Source of the DNA: an uncultured Nitrospinota bacterium
GTDB lineage: Bacteria; Tectomicrobia; Entotheonellia; J063; CAVPRW01
NCBI GenBank assembly: GCA_963707985.1
Contig: CAVPRW010000045.1
Span: 96,001 to 160,000 of the forward strand
Reading direction: 5' to 3'
Length of the DNA: 64,000 bases
Part shown: positions 23,841 to 33,322 of the stretch, piece after piece
How the letters are laid out: each line of letters begins with the position of its first letter
Numbering within the stretch: the first letter of the stretch is position 1
The notes under the pieces: generated by a model
Seen by the model: only the letters and a program-made list of their open reading frames with translations
What the model was told of the DNA's origin: nothing
Database searches by the model: none
Translations under genes and position numbers: made by a program

Positions 23841-24650
23841 ATGCGCAACATCGCGTATACTGAACATCTGCTCGTTTCTCGTTGCCAGGGCGAGATACCG
23901 GTGATCCTCACCTGCCCTCACGGCGGCGATAAGCAACCGCCCGGCGTCCCCAACAGGCGCACAGGGGCGGAGCTGCCCTCCGCATGCCGGTTTGAAACAG
24001 ACACCGACCGTTTCACTCGCACGATCACCAGGGGACTAGCCCAGGTTCTGTTTGATGTCTTCGGAGAAACGCCATACGTTGTCATCGCCAACTTCGATCG
24101 CGCCTACATCGATGCCAACCGCTCGCCAAAGTGTGCATTTGAGGATCGGGACGCTCAACAATTCTACGAAGAGTATCACAACACCGTACGCAACTTCGTT
24201 GATGAGATTAGGGCGGAGAATGGCGGACTGGGGCTGCTTTTTGACATTCATGGGACTACACAGGTTGATCACGATCCCGCTGACGTATACTTGGGCACAC
24301 TCAACGGAGAAGCGATTTCCAGCCTGTTGAGCCGCGACTCGCGAGCCATGTCGCGCCAGCGCAGCCTGCCCGGCATACTGAGAGAGGCGGACTATGTAGT
24401 GTCAGCGAGGATTCCTGAAACACTACCCGGCGACTTCACCCTGGAATCCTATGGGAGTTCCAATGCGGACGGCGTGGACGCCATCCAGATCGAGATCGAG
24501 TCAACCCTCCGCACTGATACCATCAAGCGTGAGGTCTTCATTGATGATCTGGCATACGCCATCAGCAGCCTTATTGCGCGCTACGCGGATACGCCTACGC
24601 TTACCGCTTTTCGGAGCGCAAACTTCCTGCCGAGGCTGCAGCGAGGGTAA
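23841..24650 (+). CDS. N-formylglutamate amidohydrolase-family protein
   Basis: ILTCPHGG, IDANR, YEEYH, LFDIHG and AIQIE. Confidence 0.8.
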   Translation: MRNIAYTEHLLVSRCQGEIPVILTCPHGGDKQPPGVPNRRTGAELPSACRFETDTDRFTRTITRGLAQVLFDVFGETPYVVIANFDRAYIDANRSPKCAFEDRDAQQFYEEYHNTVRNFVDEIRAENGGLGLLFDIHGTTQVDHDPADVYLGTLNGEAISSLLSRDSRAMSRQRSLPGILREADYVVSARIPETLPGDFTLESYGSSNADGVDAIQIEIESTLRTDTIKREVFIDDLAYAISSLIARYADTPTLTAFRSANFLPRLQRG

Positions 24651-24677
24651 AGCAAACGCTGCAGTGGAGTTCTAGGG

Positions 24678-24840
24678 GGAGTGGCGCTATCTAGATCGGG
24701 CAGTCGATAAGCAGGGCCAGGCCATTGACGTTCTCCTCACCGACCGGCAGCGCTACGCTTTCTGACAATAGCGATCCGCCACCACGGCATGCCTGAGAAG
24801 ATGACCATTGACGGCAGTGAGGCCAATGAAGCCGCCATTG
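24678..24840 (+). pseudogene. IS6-family transposase internal scrap
   Basis: GEWRYLDRAVDKQGQAIDVLLT ... AIRHHGMPEKMTIDGSEANEAAI. Confidence 0.75.
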
Positions 24841-24969
24841 TAGAAGGCAAACTTCTATCGTGAAGCTGTCCAGAAGATTTACTCTATGGAGGAGGAAACC
24901 TTTCGGCGGATACCCAGGGAAGGCGTGCTCCGCTGGGTTTCCGTGGCCTGTGTCAGTGAGCACTGCATT

Positions 24970-25506
24970 TCAGGGCGGGGTCGGTGCCGTGAAGGCCCCA
25001 ATGGCCCACCCCAGGACCGTGCCGCCGATGAGGAGAAGCACTGGGTGCACCTTGGTCCACAGGGCCAACCCGAACGCGACAATGGCCATGAGGGCATAGG
25101 CCCAATGCGTCACGCTCTGCTGGGCGAGGTTCAGAGCCATCACGCCAAAGAGTCCGACCACGGCTGGGGCGGCTCCTCGGCCAAAACCCGCCAGCCACGG
25201 GTGCTGCATATAGCGCTGGAGTTGCTGGGCCGCCGCGGCTGCCAAGAACCAGGGCATCAGGAAGATGCCCACCGTGGCGGTGAAGGCGCCGCTGAGACCT
25301 GCCGCGTGGTAGCCCACAAAGGTGGCGGTTAGCAACACGGGGCCTGGCGTCAGATACCCACACGCCACGGCCGCCGCGAACTCCTGTGGGGTCATCCAGC
25401 CCATGTCACGCACGGCGAGGCGCTCGATGAGCGGCAGGACCGTCCCTCCGGCCCCGAAGGCCAGGAGGCTGATGAGCGCGAAACGCCAGAAGAGGTCGAC
25501 GATCAT
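24970..25506 (-). CDS. chrA: Short-chain chromate transporter, second subunit
   Basis: MIVDLFWRFALISLLAFGAGG and TPGPV. ATGA overlap with the upstream subunit. Confidence 0.88.
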   Translation of the reverse strand: MIVDLFWRFALISLLAFGAGGTVLPLIERLAVRDMGWMTPQEFAAAVACGYLTPGPVLLTATFVGYHAAGLSGAFTATVGIFLMPWFLAAAAAQQLQRYMQHPWLAGFGRGAAPAVVGLFGVMALNLAQQSVTHWAYALMAIVAFGLALWTKVHPVLLLIGGTVLGWAIGAFTAPTPP

Positions 25507-26069
25507 GACCTCGCCTCCTGCCGATGCGAGAGCAGGAGGGTCCCGAGGAGGCCTGCCGCCACGAGTATCAGGGCGGCATTGATGGCCAGGAAGGCCCCAC
25601 CGACGAAGGCGGCCAGCGCAATGCCCCACATCAGGGATTCCGTGAGTAGAGGCTTGCCCAGGCGATAGGTGGTCGCCAGGAGGATGCCAACGACCACGGC
25701 CGTCAACCCGTTGACCATGGGACCCATGGCGGGGAGCGCGGTCGTCGCGCCATAGGCGGCTGCCAGGAGCACCATCAGCAGCGCCGAGGGACAGAGAAAC
25801 GCTGCCGTGGCAAGAGCAGAGCCGGACCATCCGCCGAGCGAATAGCCGAGATACGCGACGACCTGCGGGCCGGTCGACCCGGGGAGCAGTTTCGTATAGG
25901 TGAGCGCTTCAGTGACATCAGCGGGCGTGAGCATCCCGCGCTTCATCATCAGCTCACGCTCGATGAGCGGCAGGATGGTCCCAAGCCCCCCGAAAGCGGT
26001 GGCACCAATGCGCAGGAAGATCCAGCCGAGCATCAGCGCCGGCATCTTATGTGGTGGTGTCGGCCTCAT
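25503..26069 (-). CDS. chrA: Short-chain chromate transporter, first subunit
   Basis: FLRIGATAFGG and LLPGS..QVVAYLGY. Confidence 0.88.
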   Translation of the reverse strand: MRPTPPHKMPALMLGWIFLRIGATAFGGLGTILPLIERELMMKRGMLTPADVTEALTYTKLLPGSTGPQVVAYLGYSLGGWSGSALATAAFLCPSALLMVLLAAAYGATTALPAMGPMVNGLTAVVVGILLATTYRLGKPLLTESLMWGIALAAFVGGAFLAINAALILVAAGLLGTLLLSHRQEARS

Positions 26070-26560
26070 CTGTCACCCCCTTTCCACATCCATCATCGAT
26101 ACCCGACCACCTGCGGTTCGTGGTCAGTTGGTCGAGTGTTCGACACGAAAGCGTCGCATGATATGGCCATGGTTCTTTCCCTCCGATGAGAACCTTCACC
26201 TCTGATACCCCTCCCACCCCGAGTAAATGCCTGCTCACGGCCGCTCATGTCGGTTGGTACGAACAGCACTTCTGCAGGGACGAATGAGGACAAGACCGAA
26301 CGACAGACAAGGCAGGAACTCAGAGAGGCATACGTCAATCAAGACGGGAGAGGAAGAATGGTCGTAAAGCCCAGATACAATACATTATCGAGGGTAACCA
26401 GGGAAGGGGAATCTGCGGTGGTGGGACGAACATTCAGGAAGTTTGTCGGATTGGAAGGTCGGAAATGATGAGATATCAGCGCCGCAGGAGCGGTAATCCG
26501 TTTGCGAGCGTGGTGTTCCACGCTGGAGACCTACGAACTCTTCTGAGGTCACTTGGAGGT

Positions 26561-26728
26561 TCAGGAATATTCATGTGCTCTTGAAGCATGAGCTGCCACC
26601 AGCCGAATCTCCTCGACGGTTGGCGGCTCCAGGTCAAAGGAGATGGCCGTCTCACGCACCACGGGCGCATAAATCGCTTGCACGCCTGGGGCATTATCTG
26701 GAACCGCCAGTCGAATCGTGGTGGTCAT
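26561..26728 (-). pseudogene. arsN1: ArsN1/phosphinothricin-acetyltransferase-like GNAT, N-terminal stub (55 aa)
   Basis: Not in the ORF track. MTTTIRLAVPDNAPGVQAIYAPVVRETAISFDLEPPTVEEIR, then unrelated sequence. Lies directly downstream of acr3. Confidence 0.75.
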
Positions 26729-26755
26729 CACGCAGGTCTCACTCGACGCGGTTCC

Positions 26756-27888
26756 TCACGGTCGGCTCCGTCTGGCGGACCCCGGTGTCGCAGAGGGTCT
26801 CCATAGGGCGTCCTGGGGATACAGCCGACGACCGAGCCAGAGGGAGACATACACCAGCCCGATGAGCACGGGGACTTCCACCAGCGGCCCCACGACGGCC
26901 GCGAGCGCTTCGCCAGAGGCGATGCCGAAGACACTAATGGCCACGGCAATCGCCAGCTCAAAGTTGTTACTGGCCGCCGTGAACGACAGAGTGGCGCTAT
27001 CGGCATAGGGGAACTTCAACAGATAGGACAGCCCGAAGGACAACGTGAACATCAGACCAAAGTAGAGCGAGTAGCGGCACGGCAATCCGCAGGACATCCA
27101 GAGGCAGGGTGAGGATGACCTCGCCTTTGAGAGAAAACATCATCACGATGGTGAACAGCAGGCCGATGAGAGCCGTGGGGGCGAGCCTCGGGATAAAACG
27201 AGTGTCATACCACTCCTGCCCTTTGATGCGCCCCAGGATCAATCGTGTCAGGAAACCGGCCACCACAGGAATGCCCAAGAAGATGAGCACGCTCTTGGCC
27301 ACTGCCCACATGGAGATGTCGAGCGCCGTTCCCGCGACGCCCAACCATTGGGGGATGAGCGTCAGGTAAACGTAGCCAAGCACCGTATACATCACAATCT
27401 GGAACGCAGAGTTTAAGGCTACGAGCACGGCGGCGTATTCGCTATTCCCGCAGGCGAGCATGTTCCAGATCAGGACCATCGCGATGCAGCGCGCCAAACC
27501 GACGATAATCAACCCGGTACGGTAGTCCGGATAGTCCGGGAGAAGCACCCAGGCGAGGACGAACATAAGCGCTGGGCCGATGACCCAATTGAGTACCAGC
27601 GAGGTGATGAGCAGCCTCGTGTTGCCGGCAATGGCGGGAATCTTTTCGTAGTTGACTCGCGCGAGCACTGGATACATCATCCATAACAAGCCAATGGCAA
27701 TCGGCAGGGAGACGGTATCGAGCTTCATGGCATCCAGGGCCGGAGCTAGGCCGGGGAATGTTTTTCCCAGGATAATCCCAAAGGCCATGGCGAGAAAAAT
27801 CCATACCGGGAGCCAGCGGTCAAGGGTGGAGAGTTGCCCTACCACGGTGGGGCGGCGGAGTGCGGTGGTCGCAGTGCGCGTGTGTCAT
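26756..27888 (-). CDS. acr3: ACR3-family arsenite efflux pump (apparent +1 frameshifts near 27850 and 27070)
   Basis: [40 protein letters not shown] and GPLVEVP. Confidence 0.93.
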
Positions 27889-28058
27889 GAGGTCTCAGTC
27901 TCCTTTGTCTCCTGCGGATACACCTCGGTGGGTGCCACGCCGGCGTTCAGCACATCAAAGCGCTCGCCCGCAGCGTGACGCAAGAGGACCTCAACCATTT
28001 GACTGCGCGCCGCATTATGCGTGCAGACAAAGAGGACGCGGGGTTTGGTCTCGGGCAT
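27885..28058 (-). pseudogene. arsC: Second LMW-PTP arsenate reductase, N-terminal stub (57 aa)
   Basis: Not in the ORF track. MPETKPRVLFVCTHNAARSQMVEVLLRHAAGERFDVLNAGVAPTEVYPQ... carries the CX5R P-loop. Stop overlaps the acr3 ATG. Confidence 0.8.
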
Positions 28059-28079
28059 CGTGCGCGTGCTCCGTCGTGC

Positions 28080-28944
28080 TTAGAAGGCTTTTCGGGCGCT
28101 GATATCGAGGCTCGTGATGTAGTCCGCCGGCGTCGTGCCTTCGGGCAGGTGCGAGGCAATCGTCTGATAGAGCGGGCGCTCCATGCGGCCCAGGGTCTGG
28201 AGATACTCCGGCTTTGGCGTCAGCGTCAGCTCCGCAAGCCCGGCCTCGCGCATCATGCGCTCGGTGTCGGTGACGAGCGGCGCGCCGGCGATACACCCGA
28301 CCAGGGCTTCAAGGGTGCTGGCCACCGCTGCCGGGAGTGGCTTGAGGAGCGCCATGTCTGAGACGGCGACGCGCCCACCGGGTTTCAGCACACGGGCGAT
28401 CTCTCGCCACACCTGGGATTTGTCCGGGGAAAGGTTGAGCACACAGTTGGAGATGACGACGTCGACGCTGGCATCGGCTACCGGGAGATGCTCGATTTCG
28501 CCGAGGCGAAACTCGACGTTCTCGAGGTCCTGTCACTTCACGATACGTCTCGGTGTTTTTCCGCGCGAGGGCGAGCATATCGGGCGTCATGTCGATGCCA
28601 ATCACGCGGCCCGTGGGGCCGACCTTGGGTCCGGCGAGAAAGACGTCGAAGCCGCCACCGCTCCCGAGGTCCAAGACCACCTCACCGGGTTGCAGGGAGG
28701 CGATAGCCGTTGGGTTGCCACACGAGAGGCCCATGTTTGCCCCTTCGGGGAGCGCACTGAGTTCCGTCGCATCGTAGCCGATGCTCGTGGCAAGTGTGGT
28801 GACATCGATGGCGCTGCTGCAACACGATGGCGCGCAGCAGCTTTCGGCTGGCGCCTCTGGTGTCGTGGGCATGTTGGCGCGGGCAATCGCGGCGTAATTC
28901 TGTCGGACGGCTTCATGGACGGTCTCAGTCTCGCGGGTGCTCAT
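28080..28944 (-). CDS. arsM: Arsenite S-adenosylmethionine methyltransferase (apparent +1 frameshift near 28530)
   Basis: [46 protein letters not shown] and GCIAGA. Confidence 0.93.
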
Positions 28945-29420
28945 ATGTGCATCTCCTCTTTGTGTTTGAGTAATACGTCAGGGAATTGCTGGATGAAGGC
29001 GCGAATCTCGTCACGAACACGCCGATAGTGGGTCAGTGCCTCCGCTTCACTCATGGCGTGTGCCGCCAGTCGCGGCGGGTCATCAAAGCCGAAGTGCATC
29101 ACTTTGGCGTGGCCCGGAAAGACCGGGCAGCTCTCGTGGGCATCGCTGCAGACGGTGACGACATACGCAAACGGGATGTGCGAGACATCACTCAGGGCTT
29201 TTGACGGTTGTGCGGAAATATCGAGCCCGACCTCGGCCATGACCTTGACGGCCAGGGGGTCAATCCCGCGCGGGTGGGTGCCGGCGGAATAGGGCTCAAC
29301 AACATCGGCCTTCAGGTGCCTCGCCCAGGCTTCGGCTATCTGGCTCCGACAGGCGTTTCCGGTGCACAGGAAGAGCACTGGGAGAGGTCCACAAGCGTGC
29401 GGTCCCGTTGTTGGCTGCAT
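28941..29420 (-). CDS. arsC: Arsenate reductase (LMW-PTP, thioredoxin type)
   Basis: [29 protein letters not shown] and FDDP. GGAGG RBS upstream. Confidence 0.93.
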   Translation of the reverse strand: MQPTTGPHACGPLPVLFLCTGNACRSQIAEAWARHLKADVVEPYSAGTHPRGIDPLAVKVMAEVGLDISAQPSKALSDVSHIPFAYVVTVCSDAHESCPVFPGHAKVMHFGFDDPPRLAAHAMSEAEALTHYRRVRDEIRAFIQQFPDVLLKHKEEMHI

Positions 29421-29761
29421 AAGACCTCCGGGTCCATCGCAAGAATCTGTTTCAGGCGTGTGGCGTCTTCTCGAATGCGCTTGTCGCCTTTGAGTGTGTG
29501 AAGCGTCCAGTGAATGGCGTCGTGTGCGGCCTGCGGGGCGTCTTCGTCGGCCAGGCGGTAATACATCCAGCGGCCATCTTTTCGCCCATCGATGAGCCGT
29601 GCCTGCTTGAGGATAGACAGATGCTTCGAGACCGTCGACGGGGCAAGCTCTATGAGTTCAATCACCTGGCAGACGCACAGCTCTCGTCCGTCGAGCATGG
29701 CCACGATGCGCACCCGGTTTTCATCCGAAAGGGCTTTGGCAATGTTGACCACATCACGCAT
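29336..29761 (-). CDS. arsR: ArsR/SmtB metalloregulator
   Basis: KALSDENRVRI, ELCVC As-binding motif, STVSKHLSILK and WMYYRL. Confidence 0.93.
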   Translation of the reverse strand: MRDVVNIAKALSDENRVRIVAMLDGRELCVCQVIELIELAPSTVSKHLSILKQARLIDGRKDGRWMYYRLADEDAPQAAHDAIHWTLHTLKGDKRIREDATRLKQILAMDPEVLCSQQRDRTLVDLSQCSSCAPETPVGAR

Positions 29762-29774
29762 TCCCACCTCCTAT

Positions 29775-29820
29775 AATTCGTCATTTAACGAAATATACTG
29801 CTCGGGCATGAATCCGTCAA
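29775..29820 (-). promoter_or_regulatory. Sigma70 promoter of the ars operon with ArsR operator
   Basis: TTGACG-N17-TATATT (29820 to 29792), overlapped by the inverted repeat ATTTCGTTAAATGACGAATT. Confidence 0.8.
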
Positions 29821-29904
29821 GTGGATCAATCTTCCACCTGGGAAGGGCCGAGCAGCGGACATGCTGCCAATTCAGAGCTGTATAGAAAGGTTGATAAGGG
29901 AATG

Positions 29905-30155
29905 GCCGTGGCCCTTCCGGCTCGCATGCCGCCCGGTGCGGCGTAAGCGCGCACATATTCATCCACGTCTGCTTCTCGCTAGCCGGTGGCGGGTTGGTCG
30001 GAATCCCCCGCACCCCGCAAATCCAGAACGATTACGGTATAGTGCTTCGCCAACTCCGGCATAATGTGCCGCCACATATACCACGTTTCAGCAAAGCCAT
30101 GGAGCAAAACAACCGGCTCACCTCGCCCGCCCATCACATAATGCAGGCGTACATT
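29905..30155 (-). pseudogene. Alpha/beta hydrolase (epoxide hydrolase-like) scrap with internal deletion
   Basis: VRLHYVMGGRGEPVVLLHGFAETWYMWRH..DLRGAGDSDQPATG* jumps to DVDEYVRAYAAPGGMRAG. Confidence 0.75.
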
Positions 30156-30256
30156 CTGGTGAACTCACGACTGGATCGCTCCCACCTGTGGTAGAATGCG
30201 CTATCGATGCGCTGGCATTTCACCTCGCCAACCCCTGTGACATGGAGGATGCGCCG

Positions 30257-30886
30257 ATGTTGTACGAAGTCCGAACCTATACCCTGCGCCCCGGGACCGT
30301 GGCCGAATTTGAAGAGCGCTTTGCCGCACGGCTACCCCTGCGGGAGCAACACTCCAAATTAGGGGCTTTCTGGCACACCGAGTTCGGTCCGCTCAATCAG
30401 GTCATCCACGTCTATCCCTACGAAGACCTGCAACAGCGTACGGCCGTACGCGCCGCGCTAGCCCAAGACACCGCTCGGCAGCAGCTCCCCGGCGGTCGGG
30501 ATCTGGTCGTGGCGCAAGAGTCCGAGATTATGAATCCGGCACCGTTTATGCGCCCCCTGGGCAGCCGGAACTATGGCACGGGGAACGTGTATGAGATGCG
30601 GATTTACACCTTCGCCCCAGGCGACATCCCGAAGGTGCTCGATGGGTGGGGCAAGGCCATTGAGGCGCGGGAGAAGTTCTCACCTCTGGCGGCCTGCTGG
30701 ACGAGCGAACTCGGCGGGCTGAACAAGTTCGTTCACACCTGGGTGTACAAGGATCTCAACGAGCGCGCCCGCGTCCGTGAGGAATCCCGCAAGGCCGGCG
30801 GCCCATGGCCGCCACAGACCGGTGTGCGGCCGATCCGGCAGGAAAACAAGCTACTGATTCCGGCAACCTTCTCACCCGTGCGGTAG
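30257..30886 (+). CDS. NIPSNAP-family protein (two domains)
   Basis: YEVRTYTL...GPLNQVIH and YEMRIYTF...GGLNKFVHTW. Confidence 0.9.
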   Translation: MLYEVRTYTLRPGTVAEFEERFAARLPLREQHSKLGAFWHTEFGPLNQVIHVYPYEDLQQRTAVRAALAQDTARQQLPGGRDLVVAQESEIMNPAPFMRPLGSRNYGTGNVYEMRIYTFAPGDIPKVLDGWGKAIEAREKFSPLAACWTSELGGLNKFVHTWVYKDLNERARVREESRKAGGPWPPQTGVRPIRQENKLLIPATFSPVR

Positions 30887-31315
30887 TCGTCTCTCGTGAC
30901 GACCCCACCGGGGTCCGCCTGGGCGGGACTGGCCCGTGGGGTAAATGTTTCGCCCGGGCGCCTTCTGGCGCGATCACCGGTGCTCAACAGACCGCTTTCC
31001 TGCTGCTCTGGCCCTCATCCGCGCGAGAGAGGCCCCGCCGCGCGGAAACGGCGGTACCGCTGGCACCCTGGCCCCTGCGGGGGGATTTTCAGGGATGCTC
31101 GAGCCAGGGCGAGGCGGCGATGCGGACCTCAACCGTCTCAACACCCGCTCGGCCCAGGTCGTGACACCTGAACCTATGACCGTGGCCCACATGACGAAGA
31201 CTGAGATGTGCTTCGGCGGCCTGTGAATCCTCGGCGACACAGACGAGCATCCCCGCGCCTACCGTTGCTACCCATCAGCGATGATGGCCTCAGCCATCGA
31301 CAGAGAGTACATCGT

Positions 31316-31615
31316 ATGAATCAGACGGGGAGCTGCTGGCACTGCAACAGTCCCCTGGACGCGACGGACCGCTACTGCCGCTCCTGCGGCAACGGACAGG
31401 GGCACTTCCTGCAATGGTACTATCAGCCGGTCTGGATCGCCGTGCTCACCGTGACCGCGCTTGGCCCGTTGAGTCTTCTGTTGGTGTGGCACACGCCACG
31501 GCTCAGTCGTACCGGCCGATGGGTCGCGACGGTGCTCATCGTGGGCGTGAGCGTGTATCTGGGCCACCAGCTCTGGCAAACGCTTCGCGTCTTGCAGAGC
31601 CTCCTGCTATCATGA
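31316..31615 (+). CDS. Small zinc-ribbon membrane protein
   Basis: CWHC..YCRSCG followed by two hydrophobic helices. Confidence 0.6.
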   Translation: MNQTGSCWHCNSPLDATDRYCRSCGNGQGHFLQWYYQPVWIAVLTVTALGPLSLLLVWHTPRLSRTGRWVATVLIVGVSVYLGHQLWQTLRVLQSLLLS

Positions 31616-32125
31616 TTGTCATGGGAACACCAGATGCCCAGTACATGGAGAGCCGCTCCCTCCACTCCTATGGACACTCCTCTCAATTCCCCCATGCGAG
31701 ACCGGCAGGAATCTCGCACTTGAGCCATTGGATCCCAAGCTATGCCATGCCGCGATCCCATACCAGCCGTCAATGGCCGAACCGCCTTTTGCCCTCGCCT
31801 GCTCGAGGGGATGGCCGGAGCGCTGTGGTTATCCCGCAACTGGGGTGTTGCGGGCGTCCTCAACAGCTTGGTCAGAGGAACCTCCTTTATAGGGGACCGG
31901 ATTGTTCACTTCCCCTCGTGAGTTATTCCGGAACCACGTTGTTCGGCTATAAGGGCCCGTCTGAGCAATCCTGCATCCGCTGCAACCTGTCGTCTAGCAT
32001 CTGCAGTTCAGCCCGACCAATCCAGGCGGAGATAGTCCTCGACCTGATCCGCCTGGACGATCGCGACAATCCGGGGAATCATGGGACTCACCGGAAGAAA
32101 TGCTCCAAAGCTGAGGAGACCACCG

Positions 32126-33199
32126 ATGCGTTTCGGAATCTATGCGGAAATGCAGACACCCCTGGACAAACCGCACGCTGATCTGACATGGGAGATCATG
32201 CGCCAGATTGAGCATGCGGATGCTATAGGATTCGATACCTATTCGGTGATTGAGCATCACTTTTTCCAGCAATTTGGCATTTCGGCGAACCCACTGGCGC
32301 TGTTCACGGCGGCAGCCCAACGCACCCGTCGGATTCGCTTCCGTACGCTCTGTCATACGCTCCCGCTGCACAATCCCCTGCTCCTGGCAGGAGAGATTGC
32401 GGAAGCGGATATTCTCACGAATGGCAGACTAGAATGCGGGATCGGGCGCGGACATGCGTGGCTCTATGAGCCGGCGTGTGTGGCGATGGAAGAGAGCCAA
32501 CCTCGCTTCGAGGAGGCGATTGAGATCCTGCGGCGCGCTTGGAGCCAAGCACGGTTCTCCTTCGACGGTAAGTTCTACACGGTGCAGGAGGTGGCGGTCG
32601 TGCCCAAGCCCGTACAAAAGCCCCATCCGCCACTCTATGTAGTGGGCACCAGCGACAACAGCTTTCGTATGGCTGGAGAGCGCGGCTTCCGTGTGGCCAC
32701 TGGCGGACCTGTCCCCTGGACGGTCGCGGCACTCGGTATTGAAACCTACAAGAAAGCCTGTGCCGCCCATGGACATACGCCGCATGTCACATTTATCCGC
32801 CCGGTATACTTTGGCGACGACCAGCAGCACATCCGGCAAGAGCTGGAACGGTTCATCCGCAACTACCTCGACTTCAATGCGTCGGCCATGGACGTCGTGG
32901 TGAGTGAGGAACAGAAGGCCGAATGGCGGGCGAAAGGCTTCGGCTTCTACGCCAGTGGAGTCGTCGAGCAGTTTCGCACGATGACGTATGAACAGGTCCT
33001 CGACTATGGTCTCGCCTTCGTCGGCACTCCAGCAGAGGTGATTGAGCAAATCAACGCCGTGGACCAGCAGATCGGTGGTCTCAATGAGTTCGTCATCATG
33101 AGTAATCTCGGGGGTATTGAACACTGGCGGGCGATCAGGACGCAGGAACTGTTTGCCAAACATGTGATACCAGCATTTGCGCCATCGTTGTCGTGCTAA
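32126..33199 (+). CDS. LLM-class flavin-dependent oxidoreductase
   Basis: EHHF, LPLHNPL, GRLECGIGRG and PKPVQKPHPP. Confidence 0.92.
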   Translation: MRFGIYAEMQTPLDKPHADLTWEIMRQIEHADAIGFDTYSVIEHHFFQQFGISANPLALFTAAAQRTRRIRFRTLCHTLPLHNPLLLAGEIAEADILTNGRLECGIGRGHAWLYEPACVAMEESQPRFEEAIEILRRAWSQARFSFDGKFYTVQEVAVVPKPVQKPHPPLYVVGTSDNSFRMAGERGFRVATGGPVPWTVAALGIETYKKACAAHGHTPHVTFIRPVYFGDDQQHIRQELERFIRNYLDFNASAMDVVVSEEQKAEWRAKGFGFYASGVVEQFRTMTYEQVLDYGLAFVGTPAEVIEQINAVDQQIGGLNEFVIMSNLGGIEHWRAIRTQELFAKHVIPAFAPSLSC

Positions 33200-33322
33200 T
33201 TCTGAAGTATCAGAACGTTTGTATTCTATGATTATTTTCGGTGGTGTTCCAGTTATGTTGTGATCTGAAAACAGGTGTAGCAGTCGCCCCCTATTGCTTC
33301 GCTGCAATGCCGTAGCCTTGGA

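Noticed and set aside
26093..26560. Short ORFs in the lower-GC spacer between chrA and the ars operon
   Set aside because: No recognisable motif or consistent frame.
30890..32080. GC-rich hairpins and ORF 31414-32181 around the zinc-ribbon gene
   Set aside because: Could not assign an RNA family or protein motif. Probably intergenic or decayed DNA.
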